From the NCBI GenBank assembly GCA_944415425.1, contig CALYBP010000005.1, positions 487 to 64,486 on the forward strand: a DNA stretch of 64,000 nt, read 5' to 3'. Position numbers and translations under genes: made by a program. The notes under the pieces are model-generated. The model was not told the DNA's origin. It made no database searches and saw only the letters and a list, made by a program, of their open reading frames with translations. This document shows, one piece after another, positions 19,574-29,105 of the stretch. The stretch comes from an uncultured Ruminococcus sp. (GTDB lineage: Bacteria > Bacillota > Clostridia > Oscillospirales > Acutalibacteraceae). The stretch's first letter is position 1; every line of letters begins with the position of its first letter.

Positions 19574-20869
19574 ATGAAAGATAAAATCTTTATTAAAGGC
19601 ACGGTTTATATTATAGCTTCAGGTTTTTTGGGTGCCGTTGTCGGAGCGCTTGTTTGGGTGTTTTTAAAGGCCGTATCGCTCGGCACGGAATTCATTTGGA
19701 ATTTTGTCCCCGAAAGACTCGATGTGCCCTGTTACACGATAATCGTCTGTTTAATCGGTGCGGTTATTATAGGTGTTTTAAGGCTTGCGTTCGGTAACTA
19801 CCCCGAAACAATGGAGGAGGTTATGGGCAGAGTAAAGCGTGACGGAAAATATCCGTACGATAAAATCTTTGCCATGATGCTTTGTGCCTTTGTTCCTCTG
19901 GTTTTCGGCGGAAGTTTAGGCCCCGAGGCGGGTTTGACGGGAGTTGCCATAGGACTGTGCTACTGGGTGGGCGACAGGCTCAAGCTTGTGGGCAGAAGCC
20001 TGAAGAATTTTTCGGCGCTCGGAATAAACGCCGCTTTAGGCGTTATTTTCGGCTCACCTCTTTTTGGATTGGCGGCGGAAATAGAGCCGGAATCCGACGG
20101 CGCAGAAGATTTTATTATGCCAAAAAAATTTGATGTTTTTTCAAAAATAATTGCTGCCTTAGGCGGATTGTGTGCGTATTTTCTGCTCGGTCAGCTTTTC
20201 GGGAGCGGGATGTCGTTTACCATTATCACCGCTGATAAAATAACTAACTACGACAGACTTATGGGTATCCCGTTGATTTTAATCGGTATTTTCTTCGGGA
20301 TGCTTTATGTCCTGTTTCGCAAGCTTGCGGCAACGCTGTTCGGAAAACTGAACAAGACAAGACTGCTTTCGTTTGTTTCGGTAATTTTAGGCGGACTTAT
20401 TCTGGGAATAATCGGAACGCTTTTGCCCATGACGATGTTTTCGGGCGAGGAGCAGATGACAGAGCTTGCACAAAGCTACACGCAGTTTGCTCCCGCGGTG
20501 CTTATATTGCTCGGTACGGCAAAGCTGTTTGTGACAAACTGCTGTATTTATTCGGGGTGGAAAGGCGGAAACTTTTTTCCGATGATTTTCAGCGGAGTTG
20601 CCATAGGCTACGGATTTTCAATGCTGTTTGAAACAGGTGCGGCTATGACTGTTGCGACTGTTACTGCCGCCTTGCTTGCCGTAAATCTGCGTAAGCCCGT
20701 TGCTGTTTCTCTTTTGCTGCTACTTTGCTTCCCCGTAAGAGTAATTCCGTGGATGATACTTGCAAGCTTTGCAGCGGCTAATCTGCCTTTGCCGAAATTT
20801 TTGCTGCTCCCCGAACAGCTTGAAGAAATTAAAAAGAAAAAGGCTGAAAATGTTAATAAAGATAAATAA
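19574..20869 (+). CDS. ClC family chloride channel/antiporter
   Basis: GGSLGPEAG and GWKGGNFFP signature motifs. Confidence 0.88.
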   Translation: MKDKIFIKGTVYIIASGFLGAVVGALVWVFLKAVSLGTEFIWNFVPERLDVPCYTIIVCLIGAVIIGVLRLAFGNYPETMEEVMGRVKRDGKYPYDKIFAMMLCAFVPLVFGGSLGPEAGLTGVAIGLCYWVGDRLKLVGRSLKNFSALGINAALGVIFGSPLFGLAAEIEPESDGAEDFIMPKKFDVFSKIIAALGGLCAYFLLGQLFGSGMSFTIITADKITNYDRLMGIPLILIGIFFGMLYVLFRKLAATLFGKLNKTRLLSFVSVILGGLILGIIGTLLPMTMFSGEEQMTELAQSYTQFAPAVLILLGTAKLFVTNCCIYSGWKGGNFFPMIFSGVAIGYGFSMLFETGAAMTVATVTAALLAVNLRKPVAVSLLLLLCFPVRVIPWMILASFAAANLPLPKFLLLPEQLEEIKKKKAENVNKDK

Positions 20870-20874
20870 ATAAA

Positions 20875-20913
20875 AACGGCTGTTTCAACACAAAATCGGT
20901 TGAAACAGCCGTT
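20875..20913. terminator. Bidirectional terminator between ClC and leuD
   Basis: Perfect 15-bp stem AACGGCTGTTTCAAC-ACAAAATCG-GTTGAAACAGCCGTT. Confidence 0.8.
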
Positions 20914-20939
20914 ATCTTTTGTTTTGCTGCCCGAATAAA

Positions 20940-21419
20940 TCAGCTAAGCGACTTTATAAGTCCGCCCTTTTTTATAATGTTCTGAATAAACTCGGGGAAT
21001 GGTTCAGCCTGATAGGTTTTGCCCGTTGTTTCGTCGGTGATTACGCCCGTGTTAAAGTCAACGGAAACGACATCGCCCGATTTGATCTCCTTTGCCGCTT
21101 CTTCACACTCAAGAATCGGAAGGCCGATGTTGATTGCGTTGCGGTAAAAAATTCGTGCAAAGGTTGATGCGATTACGCAGGAAATTCCGCTTGCCTTGAT
21201 GGCGATGGGTGCGTGCTCACGCGATGAACCGCAGCCGAAGTTTTTTTCGGCTACTATTATGTCGCCCTCTTTTACCTTGTTTACAAAATCTTTGTCGATG
21301 TCCTCCATGCAATGAGCGGCAAGCTCTTTGTGGGAGGCTGTATTAAGATAGCGAGCCGGGATAATTACATCGGTATCTACATTGTCGCCGAATTTATGCA
21401 CAGTACCTTTTGCGTTCAT
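20940..21419 (-). CDS. leuD: 3-isopropylmalate dehydratase small subunit
   Basis: [37 protein letters not shown]. Confidence 0.92.
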   Translation of the reverse strand: MNAKGTVHKFGDNVDTDVIIPARYLNTASHKELAAHCMEDIDKDFVNKVKEGDIIVAEKNFGCGSSREHAPIAIKASGISCVIASTFARIFYRNAINIGLPILECEEAAKEIKSGDVVSVDFNTGVITDETTGKTYQAEPFPEFIQNIIKKGGLIKSLS

Positions 21420-21438
21420 ATTTAGCACCTTACCTTTC

Positions 21439-22707
21439 TTAACCTAACTTTTCGGGATCTGTTATATAGCCTGTTACCGCACTTGCAGCGGCAACGGCAG
21501 GGCTTGCAAGGTAAACTTCGCTGTCAACATGACCCATTCTGCCGACGAAATTACGGTTGGTAGTTGAAATTGCACGCTCGCCTGCCGCAAGAATGCCCAT
21601 GTGACCTCCCAAGCACGGTCCGCAGGTCGGAGTTGAAACAACTGCGCCTGCTTCTACAAATATGTCAAAAAGTCCCTCGTGCATGGCGTCAAGCCAGATT
21701 TTTTGTGTACCCGGGATAATTATGCATCTTACATTCTTTGCAATCTTTCTGCCCTTGAAAATTTCTGCGGCGGCACGCAAATCGGAAATTCTGCCGTTTG
21801 TACATGAGCCGATGACGCACTGGTCGATTTTTACTTCCTTTTCGCCGATTTCATCAACCGTTCTTGTGTTTTCGGGAAGATGCGGGAAAGCGACCGTCGG
21901 TCTGAGCGTACTTAAATCTATTGTGTACTCCTCGTCATATACAGCGTCCTCGTCCGCCGTATATTCAACGGGTGTGCCCTGATACCTGCCGTTGCAGTAT
22001 TCACGGGTTATATCGTCAACGGGGAATATGCCGTTTTTTGCTCCTGCCTCAATAGCCATATTTGCAATGCAGAGACGGTCGTCAATATTGAGGTATTTGA
22101 TTCCCTCTCCAGTAAACTCCATTGACTTGTAGAGTGCGCCGTCAACGCCGATTTTGCCGATGATGTGCAAGATAACATCCTTGCCGCTTACATATCCCTG
22201 CGGCTTGCCGATTAAATTAAACTTAATCGCGGAGGGAACCTTAAACCAAGCTTTGCCGCTTATCATTCCTGCCGTCATATCGGTTGAGCCGACGCCCGTT
22301 GAAAAAGCTCCGAGAGCGCCGTATGTGCAGGTGTGCGAGTCTGCGCCGATGCAAAGACAGCCGGGACCTACAAGACCTTTTTCGGGGAGGAGGGCATGCT
22401 CTATGCCCATCTGACCTACGTCCATATAATTTTTAATGTCGTATTTATCGGCAAACTGTCTAACCTGTTTAACCTGTGTAGCAGCTTTTATGTCCTTGTT
22501 CGGCGTAAAGTGATCCATAATCATTGCGATTTTTGTGTTGTCAAAAACCGAGCTTGCGCCGTTTTCTTCAAAAACGTTGATTGCAACAGGAGAAGTTACA
22601 TCGTTGCCGAGCACCATATCCAGCTTTGCCTCAATAAGCTGACCTGCCTTAACCTCGTCAAGACCCGCATGAGCCGCGAGAATTTTTTGTGACATGGTCA
22701 TACCCAT
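21439..22707 (-). CDS. leuC: 3-isopropylmalate dehydratase large subunit
   Basis: [40 protein letters not shown]. Start ATG 22707 follows AGGAG. Confidence 0.92.
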   Translation of the reverse strand: MGMTMSQKILAAHAGLDEVKAGQLIEAKLDMVLGNDVTSPVAINVFEENGASSVFDNTKIAMIMDHFTPNKDIKAATQVKQVRQFADKYDIKNYMDVGQMGIEHALLPEKGLVGPGCLCIGADSHTCTYGALGAFSTGVGSTDMTAGMISGKAWFKVPSAIKFNLIGKPQGYVSGKDVILHIIGKIGVDGALYKSMEFTGEGIKYLNIDDRLCIANMAIEAGAKNGIFPVDDITREYCNGRYQGTPVEYTADEDAVYDEEYTIDLSTLRPTVAFPHLPENTRTVDEIGEKEVKIDQCVIGSCTNGRISDLRAAAEIFKGRKIAKNVRCIIIPGTQKIWLDAMHEGLFDIFVEAGAVVSTPTCGPCLGGHMGILAAGERAISTTNRNFVGRMGHVDSEVYLASPAVAAASAVTGYITDPEKLG

Positions 22708-22866
22708 AAATATCACTCCTTATAATATAATTTGTATCTTTAAATATTTCTTTGCACTACAATTATTGCATATTATATAAAAAAAGATTGTAAATTACTT
22801 TACAATCTTTTTAAAATATTATGATAAAGCAGTCAAAAAATAAAGTAGAAAAACATCATTAAAAAG

Positions 22867-24237
22867 CTATCTTGCGACGACTTGTTTTCCGCGCCATGTG
22901 CCTTTTCTCCATCTTATAAACACAACAATTCCTCTGAAAATTTCATCGGCGGCCATTCCTATCCAAACGCCTACAAGTCCCATGCCGAGGACAATACCAA
23001 GTATGTAGGCTATGAGAACGCTCAGTCCCCACATTGAAAATATCGCGAGCATTGTCGGGAATTTTACATCTCCTGCGGCTTTCATACTGTTTATGATTAC
23101 AATATTTGTAGTTCTTCCGAATTCAAGGAATACCGCAACAAGCATAACGGCAGAGCCGAGAGCAATAACATTTTTATCGGACGAGAACAGCGAAAAAGTA
23201 AACGGAGCCGCAAGCCAGTTGATGACAGCCACGGTGATTGAAATCACAAGGCTGAAACGCATCGTCTTCATAACTCGTTTGTACGCAAAATCGTAGTTTG
23301 ACGCTCCCACGCTGTGACCGACAATTATCTGAGTGGCGTTTGCCGCCGCCAATGCTATCATATATGTAAACATCGAAAGCATATTTGCATATATTTTAGT
23401 GTTGATCGCAACTATGCCCATTGTGTTTACAAAGGCTGTCAGAACAAGTTGTGAAAAATTGTAGGAGATATTTTCACCTGCTGTCGGTATTCCAAGCCTT
23501 AAAAGCCTTTTGAGAATATCAAACGGGAACGGTATCAAATATTTTACTCCGATTTTTCCGTTTATTACTTTATAAAAGTAGATTACTGCGGCGATCAAGG
23601 CGACAACCCTGCTTATGCAGGTCGAAACCGCAACGCCGGACGCCCCTAAGTTAAGCATCTGAAGCGGGCCGTATAGGAACATATAGTTACCGCAGATATT
23701 CAAGATGTTCATTGCAAAAGCAATTATCATACCGTACAGAGTTTTGCCGTGGCTTGAAAAAATCTGGTTAAAGGCATTAAGAAGAGCCTGAGTAAAAATT
23801 GTACCGCCGACTATTTTCATATACATATCGGCATCGCTCATCATTTCGGAGGGAACCTGCATTGCCGTGAGCAGTGGATTACTGAACAAAAACACAATAA
23901 GGCTTATAACGCCGCTCAAAACAAGATTGAACGCCAACGCGACGGTATAAATTTTGTTCATTTCCTCTTTTTTGTCGGCGCCGAGATATTGGCTTACCAT
24001 TATGCCTGTGGCGCTTGAAATAATAGTGAACGCAAGGGTTAAAAATCCAATAATTGAATTTGCGTTTCCGATAGCGCCAACCGCGGTTTCACTGTAATTT
24101 GAGAGCATTACGGTATCAACATAGCCGAGCGCTATTCCCAAAAGAGATTGGAAAAATATCGGCCATGCAAGGCTTAGTACGCTTCGCTCTATCATAGGCG
24201 CATTGGTGTCACTTTTGAATTTTGAAAAAATCTGCAT
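22867..24237 (-). CDS. MATE family efflux transporter
   Basis: About 12 TM in two pseudo-repeats (LAWPIFFQSLL...; LGIPTAGE...). True start ATG 24237 (RBS GGGGGAG); the ORF extension to 24762 is antisense to the next gene. Confidence 0.9.
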   Translation of the reverse strand: MQIFSKFKSDTNAPMIERSVLSLAWPIFFQSLLGIALGYVDTVMLSNYSETAVGAIGNANSIIGFLTLAFTIISSATGIMVSQYLGADKKEEMNKIYTVALAFNLVLSGVISLIVFLFSNPLLTAMQVPSEMMSDADMYMKIVGGTIFTQALLNAFNQIFSSHGKTLYGMIIAFAMNILNICGNYMFLYGPLQMLNLGASGVAVSTCISRVVALIAAVIYFYKVINGKIGVKYLIPFPFDILKRLLRLGIPTAGENISYNFSQLVLTAFVNTMGIVAINTKIYANMLSMFTYMIALAAANATQIIVGHSVGASNYDFAYKRVMKTMRFSLVISITVAVINWLAAPFTFSLFSSDKNVIALGSAVMLVAVFLEFGRTTNIVIINSMKAAGDVKFPTMLAIFSMWGLSVLIAYILGIVLGMGLVGVWIGMAADEIFRGIVVFIRWRKGTWRGKQVVAR

Positions 24238-24358
24238 TCTTACTCCCCCTGATAAATTGTAAGGATTAACAGCTTGAAATATCGAAAGGTAAATCAGATA
24301 TTGACCGATATTAAATCCGGTTGTATAATGTGGTAAATATATTTGAAAGGATTTTTTT

Positions 24359-24952
24359 ATGAATATATGTGTATTCGGCTCATCAAGTGAGCTGATTGAC
24401 AAACAATTTCTTGATACTGCCGAAGCTCTCGGAAGCGCACTCGTAAAAAAAGGACACGGCGTCGTGTTCGGTGCGGGAAAATACGGTGTTATGGGAGCGG
24501 TTGCCCGCGGAGTAACTGCGCAAAAAGGAGAGCTTATCGGCGTAAGTCCTAAGTTTTTTGAGGAACTTGATGTTTTGTATGATAAATGCACAAAGCTTAT
24601 TTTTACCGAAACAATGAGAGAACGCAAAGCCGTCATGGAGGATAATGCCGAAGCTTTCATAATATGTCCGGGTTCAATGGGCACATTTGAAGAGTTTTTT
24701 GAGGTTTTAACTCTCAAACAGCTTAAACGGCATACAAAACCGATTATAATATACAATGTCAAGGGCTATTACAATCCGATGTTTGCAATGCTTGAAAATG
24801 CAATTAACAATAATTTTATGACAAGCGACTGCAAGGGACTTTATTCGGTTGCAAACAGCCTTGACGAGGTATTTTGCCAGCTTGAAAGTTATGTTCCTTT
24901 TTCGTACGATAAATACGCTTTTGTGTCAAAAGGAGATGAAAAAAATGGCTGA
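24359..24952 (+). CDS. LOG family (TIGR00730) nucleotide phosphoribohydrolase
   Basis: VFGSSS, GVMGAVA, TMRERK, PGSMGTFEE (PGGxGTxxE motif). Confidence 0.9.
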   Translation: MNICVFGSSSELIDKQFLDTAEALGSALVKKGHGVVFGAGKYGVMGAVARGVTAQKGELIGVSPKFFEELDVLYDKCTKLIFTETMRERKAVMEDNAEAFIICPGSMGTFEEFFEVLTLKQLKRHTKPIIIYNVKGYYNPMFAMLENAINNNFMTSDCKGLYSVANSLDEVFCQLESYVPFSYDKYAFVSKGDEKNG

Positions 24953-25118
24953 CAGGTGCGAAATGTGCGCTCACTATGTAATTGATGAGGAATACGGAGA
25001 TTATTGCAGCATAAATCTCGATGAAGATGAAATGGAGCGCTTTCTTACACAAAATGTTACCCAGTGCAATTATTTTCAGCTCTATGATGAATATAAAATC
25101 GTAAAAAAGCAAATATGA
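24945..25118 (+). CDS. Small Cys-containing protein (DUF6472-like)
   Basis: MADRCEMCAHY...CSINLDEDEMERFL...CNYFQLYDEYKIVKKQI; RBS AGGAG; overlaps the LOG stop. Confidence 0.75.
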   Translation: MADRCEMCAHYVIDEEYGDYCSINLDEDEMERFLTQNVTQCNYFQLYDEYKIVKKQI

Positions 25119-25218
25119 TGTGCGTTTATTGTTTAAAGAAAGTTTAAACAAAATTTCAGTCTCGCAAATCTGTAAAATAACAGTTTGAGAGTAAATTAAA
25201 ATTGGTTATATATATTAC

Positions 25219-25246
25219 AGGGATACTGTTTCAGTATCCCTTTTTG
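25219..25246 (+). terminator. Intrinsic terminator
   Basis: AGGGATACTG-TTT-CAGTATCCCT followed by TTTT. Confidence 0.75.
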
Positions 25247-25466
25247 CTTATAAAATTGTCTTTTAATATTATTATACCCTATTAAAAAACCGTTTCAAGG
25301 GATTATTTTTTTATTATATTGTCGTATTTACGCTTTGTAATAAAAATATATCCATCCTTATAAATCGGAGATGAAATTGAGAATAATTTCTAATTGTGGT
25401 ATTGCACAAATTTATCATAAATAATTTGTATACGCCTACAAAAATTTGTGAACGGATTACAAATTA

Positions 25467-25495
25467 TTGACTTTTATGTGAAATTAATATAAAAT
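25467..25495 (+). promoter_or_regulatory. SigA-type promoter of the fibre operon
   Basis: TTGACT-N17-TAAAAT about 80 nt upstream of the first subunit gene. Confidence 0.65.
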
Positions 25496-25575
25496 TGCAG
25501 GTATGGGAGGACGAGTTTGTGTAATTTGGGCAGATTACTCGTGCTTTTTTAATCAAACTTTCTGGAGGATCAGTA

Positions 25576-26388
25576 ATGGGCTTTTTGAACTGGATTGCCG
25601 ATGAATCAGACGGCAAAAAGGTACCTTTAAAAAGGCGCAAAAGACTTATAATTTTTGTGGCCCTTATTACTCTGCTCTCAATGACAACATCAACCGTTGC
25701 GTGGTTTTCAATAAACACATTCGCAGGGGTTGATAATCTGGATGTAAAAATCAGTATGAGCGCCCAGCTCAAGGTTGCAATGGAGGATTACGGAACCGAT
25801 CTCGAAAGATACGGCAAGGTTATAACAAACGAAATGATAGACGGATACCTCGCTGATTTTGACACAAGTCTTGAAGAAACGGTTTTGGATCCGGTCACCA
25901 CAACGGACGGCATACGCTTTACCAATCAGCGAGGCGCTGAGAGAGAGCCGAATAACCGTTCATACCTTGAGTTTGAGTGCTATTTTATCGCAACCGAGGA
26001 GATGTGGGTTCATCTTACGACCGAGAGTACCGAGCAAGGTGAGGATGACGGAACAAAGGTCACCACAACTTCGACCGGACCTCAGGCGGATGTAGTGAAT
26101 TGTACGAGAGTCGATTTTTCAACCGAACAGGACGGCACGGCAATTTATGAGCCTAACAAGGCTGCCCCCGTAAACGGTCAGGTTACGTTTGATCTTCCGT
26201 CCGGTGAAATGGAATACTCTGACAGCACAAGAATTTTTCATCTTGAACAGCTCACCCCGACCAAAGTCACGATAAGACTTTGGGTTGACGGAGAGGACCC
26301 GCAGTGCGACGACGATGTGCAGGATGCGCAGCTCGGCGTTCAGCTCGGCTTTATCGGATGTGACGAAAACAACATTCCGATTTCATAA
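25576..26388 (+). CDS. TasA/CalY-like fibre subunit 1 with SipW-type signal peptide
   Basis: KRRKR-hydrophobic-TTSTVAWF signal; shared motifs DPVTTTDG, YLEFECYF and C-terminal LWVDGEDPQC. Confidence 0.7.
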   Translation: MGFLNWIADESDGKKVPLKRRKRLIIFVALITLLSMTTSTVAWFSINTFAGVDNLDVKISMSAQLKVAMEDYGTDLERYGKVITNEMIDGYLADFDTSLEETVLDPVTTTDGIRFTNQRGAEREPNNRSYLEFECYFIATEEMWVHLTTESTEQGEDDGTKVTTTSTGPQADVVNCTRVDFSTEQDGTAIYEPNKAAPVNGQVTFDLPSGEMEYSDSTRIFHLEQLTPTKVTIRLWVDGEDPQCDDDVQDAQLGVQLGFIGCDENNIPIS

Positions 26389-26459
26389 ATAATTCGATTA
26401 CAAAGTTATGAGCGGATCGCAGGATTTTGCTTTGAGCTTTCAAAATAAAAACTCACGGA

Positions 26460-27275
26460 GTGATTAAATTGTTCGGAAAAAACAAATCTAAAATTGAACA
26501 GCCTGTTACTCCCGAGGAGTTAAGTCGATTAAACGATAAAAAGATATCAGACTCCGAAATTGAGCATCTTCATGTAAAAAATGACTCAATAGAGATAGTA
26601 AAGTACAAAAAACGCCGAAAGATACTCAGTATCATTTTAAGCGTCTGTCTTATCGTTTTACTTATTTTGTTTTTGGTGTCAATGCTTGTTACCCAGTGGG
26701 GCGACCTCATCATAAAAGTTGATTCACCCGCCGCTAAGAAGGGCATCGTGCTCAGCGAAGACCCCGAGTTCGAGACGATGGGCGTTTCGCTTTCGGCAGA
26801 GCAGGCTGATGATGTAACAAATATTACATATTCGTGGCTGCCCGTTGACCTTGACACAAGCGAAAACGGAGCTCATAACGGCGATAATTATGTTGCCTAC
26901 ACATTTTACTGCAAAAACAACGGTCAGGAAACGCTTGACTATGACGCTGTGCTTGAGATTACAGGCGCCGCAAAGTCAGCCGACGAAGCCGTAAGAGTTA
27001 TGGTTTATAAGAACGGCGAGCCGTCAATTTACGGCAAGGGCAAGTATGATGACAGAAACACCGCTGAAACCGACTGTACAAAATTTAATACCAATACCGA
27101 GGTAATGTCAACGGCGACAGAAGATTTTGAGGTTGACGATGTTGACAAGTACACTATCGTTATATGGATAGAGGGCAATGATCCCGAATGTATTGACGAT
27201 ATAAGAAACGGTCATGTCAGAATGAGAATGCTTTTCAGCGTTCGTGACGACGAAACAACCGCACCCGCAAATTAA
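26460..27275 (+). CDS. Fibre-subunit paralog with N-terminal transmembrane anchor (no AWF motif)
   Basis: KKRRK followed by a 25-aa TM ending TQWG; YVAYTFYCKN; C-terminal IWIEGNDPEC shared with the neighbours. Confidence 0.7.
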   Translation: MIKLFGKNKSKIEQPVTPEELSRLNDKKISDSEIEHLHVKNDSIEIVKYKKRRKILSIILSVCLIVLLILFLVSMLVTQWGDLIIKVDSPAAKKGIVLSEDPEFETMGVSLSAEQADDVTNITYSWLPVDLDTSENGAHNGDNYVAYTFYCKNNGQETLDYDAVLEITGAAKSADEAVRVMVYKNGEPSIYGKGKYDDRNTAETDCTKFNTNTEVMSTATEDFEVDDVDKYTIVIWIEGNDPECIDDIRNGHVRMRMLFSVRDDETTAPAN

Positions 27276-27366
27276 TAACGGTATTAAGTGCATTTGCACT
27301 GATATAAAAAACATCCCTATGGTGTTTTAGGGACAAAACAAAAATCATTTTAGGAGGAATTTCTCA

Positions 27367-28116
27367 ATGAAAACAACATCAAGAAAGAGATTATTAGTCT
27401 CTTCCGTAGCAATGCTCCTCGTAGCAATGCTCGCACTCGGAACAGCTACATACGCATGGTTCACATCAAGTACAACTGCAACGGCTAACGGTATCAATGT
27501 AAAGACTGTAAAGTCATCAAAGCTTGAGATTTCAAGCGCTACTTCCGAATGGGGTACACTTATTAATTACGGTGTACAGAATAAGGTTCTTCTTCCTGTT
27601 TCTACCGGCAACAGCACAGCTTGGTTTACAGCTGAAGGTCAGTCTTATGACGACGGTACTTTAAAGTCAGGCACAGTTGCATCTCAGTCAGATCTCAACA
27701 GCTATGTTGTTAAGAATCAGCTTAATGTTCACAATGCCGGTGAAGCTGCTGTTGAAAATGTTACAATTAGTTTCAGCGTTCCTAATGACTATCTCCGTGT
27801 AGCTCTTGTTCCTGCTGACGCAAAGGGTGAAAATCAGCCTAACTCAACAAGTGCAACATTTACAGATTGCGTTTATGCAGCAGATACAGCTTCATACACA
27901 GGTCTTACTTCAACTGAAGGTACAGGCGTAGAGATCACTCCAAAGAACAAATATGAAGTACCTGTTGGCACGCTTAACAAGGATGAAGTTAAATACTACA
28001 ATCTCTATGTATGGTTTGAAGGTCAGGATCCTGATTGTAAGGATGCTAAGGCTGGCGCAGTAGTGCCTGACATCGAGTTTACCGTAACAGGTGACACAGT
28101 AAGCGAGATTGGCTGA
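27367..28116 (+). CDS. TasA/CalY-like fibre subunit, likely the major pilin
   Basis: RKR...LALGTATYAWFTS signal; VWFEGQDPDC; AGGAGG RBS; visibly biased codon use (GGT, GCT, AAC, TAC). Confidence 0.78.
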   Translation: MKTTSRKRLLVSSVAMLLVAMLALGTATYAWFTSSTTATANGINVKTVKSSKLEISSATSEWGTLINYGVQNKVLLPVSTGNSTAWFTAEGQSYDDGTLKSGTVASQSDLNSYVVKNQLNVHNAGEAAVENVTISFSVPNDYLRVALVPADAKGENQPNSTSATFTDCVYAADTASYTGLTSTEGTGVEITPKNKYEVPVGTLNKDEVKYYNLYVWFEGQDPDCKDAKAGAVVPDIEFTVTGDTVSEIG

Positions 28117-28170
28117 TTATAACAAATCACAATTTTAATGCAAAAATCTTAAATTAGTTGGAGACCCCTT

Positions 28171-28911
28171 ATGAGCAAAGTGTTAAAAAGAATAATAAAC
28201 ATAATAATTGACATTATTGTTGTGTTGATTCTGATAGTGTCGGTTTTGGTAGTGACGCTGTCGTTAACATCAAAGTCATCGGGGGTCCCCAATATTTTCG
28301 GAATTGCGCCCTTAAGCGTGCAGACAGGGTCAATGGAAGATACCCTAAATGAGGGAGATCTTATCTTTTCAAAAGTGACCGATTACACCGAAAAATATCA
28401 AAAAGGGGATATAGTTACATTCCCCATTGAAGTTAACGGCGAAACGGTCTTAAACACGCACAGGATAGTGGAAGTAATAAATGACGACAATATTATCTAC
28501 TACCGAACACAGGGCGACAATTCAAAGACTAATCCTGAGCCGGACGATGAGCTTCAGACATCCTCATCGATCGTGGCTAAGTACACGAACTTTAAAATTG
28601 CGGGATTGGGTAATGTATTGAGCTTTATAAGGACGCAGCTCGGATTTTTCCTCTGTGTGCTGCTTCCGATGATCATTTTCTTTGTGTACGAAGCAATAAG
28701 AGTTGTAATAAACATAATTGCTTACAGCAAGGAAAAGGCTGTTGAGGAGGCTAAGGCCGCCGTAGGAGGTACACAGCTTACCGAAGAACAGAAGAAGCAG
28801 GCTATTGAAGAATATCTTGCGTCAATCGGGGAGAGCACAACAGCTCAGACGGAAAATGAGCCAGCGGTACAAACACCTGCCGAAGGCGATAATTCCGAGA
28901 GTGAAAGCTAA
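28171..28911 (+). CDS. sipW: Signal peptidase I, SipW/archaeal (ER) type
   Basis: SVQTGSMEDTL (catalytic Ser), NTHRIV (His), TQGDNS (Asp); N- and C-terminal TM. Confidence 0.88.
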   Translation: MSKVLKRIINIIIDIIVVLILIVSVLVVTLSLTSKSSGVPNIFGIAPLSVQTGSMEDTLNEGDLIFSKVTDYTEKYQKGDIVTFPIEVNGETVLNTHRIVEVINDDNIIYYRTQGDNSKTNPEPDDELQTSSSIVAKYTNFKIAGLGNVLSFIRTQLGFFLCVLLPMIIFFVYEAIRVVINIIAYSKEKAVEEAKAAVGGTQLTEEQKKQAIEEYLASIGESTTAQTENEPAVQTPAEGDNSESES

Positions 28912-28966
28912 AGCTTACTTATAATAAATTTGTCCCTATACACATAGGTGTATTATAGTAACCGAG

Positions 28967-28999
28967 TATTTCTTTTCCGTTTTGTGCGGAAAAGAAATA
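28967..28999 (+). other. Intergenic stem-loop inside the fibre operon
   Basis: TATTTCTTTTCCGT-TTTGT-GCGGAAAAGAAATA. A second hairpin AGCGGAA-N8-TTCCGCT lies near 29027-29048. Confidence 0.6.
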
Positions 29000-29105
29000 T
29001 TGTGTTACCGAATACGGGATGTTTTAAGCGGAATAAATTGTTTCCGCTGTGTGTTTTTTGACGCAGAATGCGTCGAGGTAGATTTTTTTAAGGAGACGAA
29101 GTACC

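Noticed and set aside
24238-24762. N-terminal extension making the MATE ORF 631 aa
   Set aside because: Antisense to the LOG gene; MATE homology starts at 24237.
25150-25200. Imperfect hairpin upstream of the fibre operon considered as a c-di-GMP riboswitch
   Set aside because: Lacks the GEMM GNRA-tetraloop/receptor consensus and lies upstream of a terminator and of the predicted promoter.
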